A DNA stretch of 64,000 nt from Felis catus. Its lineage: Eukaryota. Where the stretch lies: contig NC_058368.1 in NCBI RefSeq assembly GCF_018350175.1, forward strand, positions 193,876,001 through 193,940,000, given 5' to 3'. Position 1 is the stretch's first letter. The number at the start of each line of letters is the position of its first letter. This document shows, piece by piece, positions 63,716 to 64,000 of this stretch. The notes under the pieces were generated by a model. That model saw only the letters and a list, made by a program, of their open reading frames with translations. It had not been told where the DNA came from and searched no databases. Made by a program: the position numbers and the translations under genes.

Positions 63716-64000
63716 AACTCTTACGTGTCTGTTCCACTGCATCCCTGGGCTAACTCTGACTTCTGACCCTGAGTCTGCTGTTAATGATAATACATCATGA
63801 TTTTGTTTCTAATAGGTGCAGGATTTGAGAATATTGTTTCCTTGCTAAAGTATCCTCATATGCACAAAGAAGCAGTTAATCCTGAATGGTAAGACTGGTG
63901 CCTTCCCCCATGTGACAGACTCAGTGGAAGAGGCATACACTGAGGAACTTTTTAGAGTGCATAACATTGTGTCTGACCATGGAGCTTCCAGTGATTGCTG

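Noticed and set aside
1..64000. About a dozen AP-1 heptamers (TGACTCA/TGAGTCA)
   Set aside because: Count is close to chance expectation for 64 kb and they are not clustered.
1..64000. CRISPR array, prokaryotic operon or intact retroviral/transposase gene
   Set aside because: No regularly spaced repeats and no long coding ORFs; the sequence is typical mammalian non-coding DNA.

Overview
64 kb of repeat-rich placental-mammal DNA, almost certainly from a felid: it carries SINEC_Fc-type CanSINEs and a young carnivore LINE-1 3' end. It reads as intronic or intergenic, with no recognisable protein-coding gene, RNA gene, CpG island or CRISPR array, and nearly all ORFs in the supplied track look like noise. 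The window holds about 15 CanSINEs of different ages (two very young), old L1M fragments, L2 and MIR, MaLR (MLT1) solo LTRs and hAT/Tc-mariner fossils (Charlie1a, MER5, MER82, MER91A, MER102, Kanga1-like). The most notable observations are: (i) minus-strand candidate exons that can be spliced into a 175-codon ORF of no recognised family, one exon lying in a Tc2-transposase fossil (speculative); (ii) an unexplained 47-bp direct repeat bracketing a ~615-bp segment; (iii) a SINE nested in the tail of an opposite-strand SINE; (iv) a cluster of octamer-like motifs. Repeat family names come from my memory of consensus sequences, not from a database search, and boundaries of old elements are approximate.
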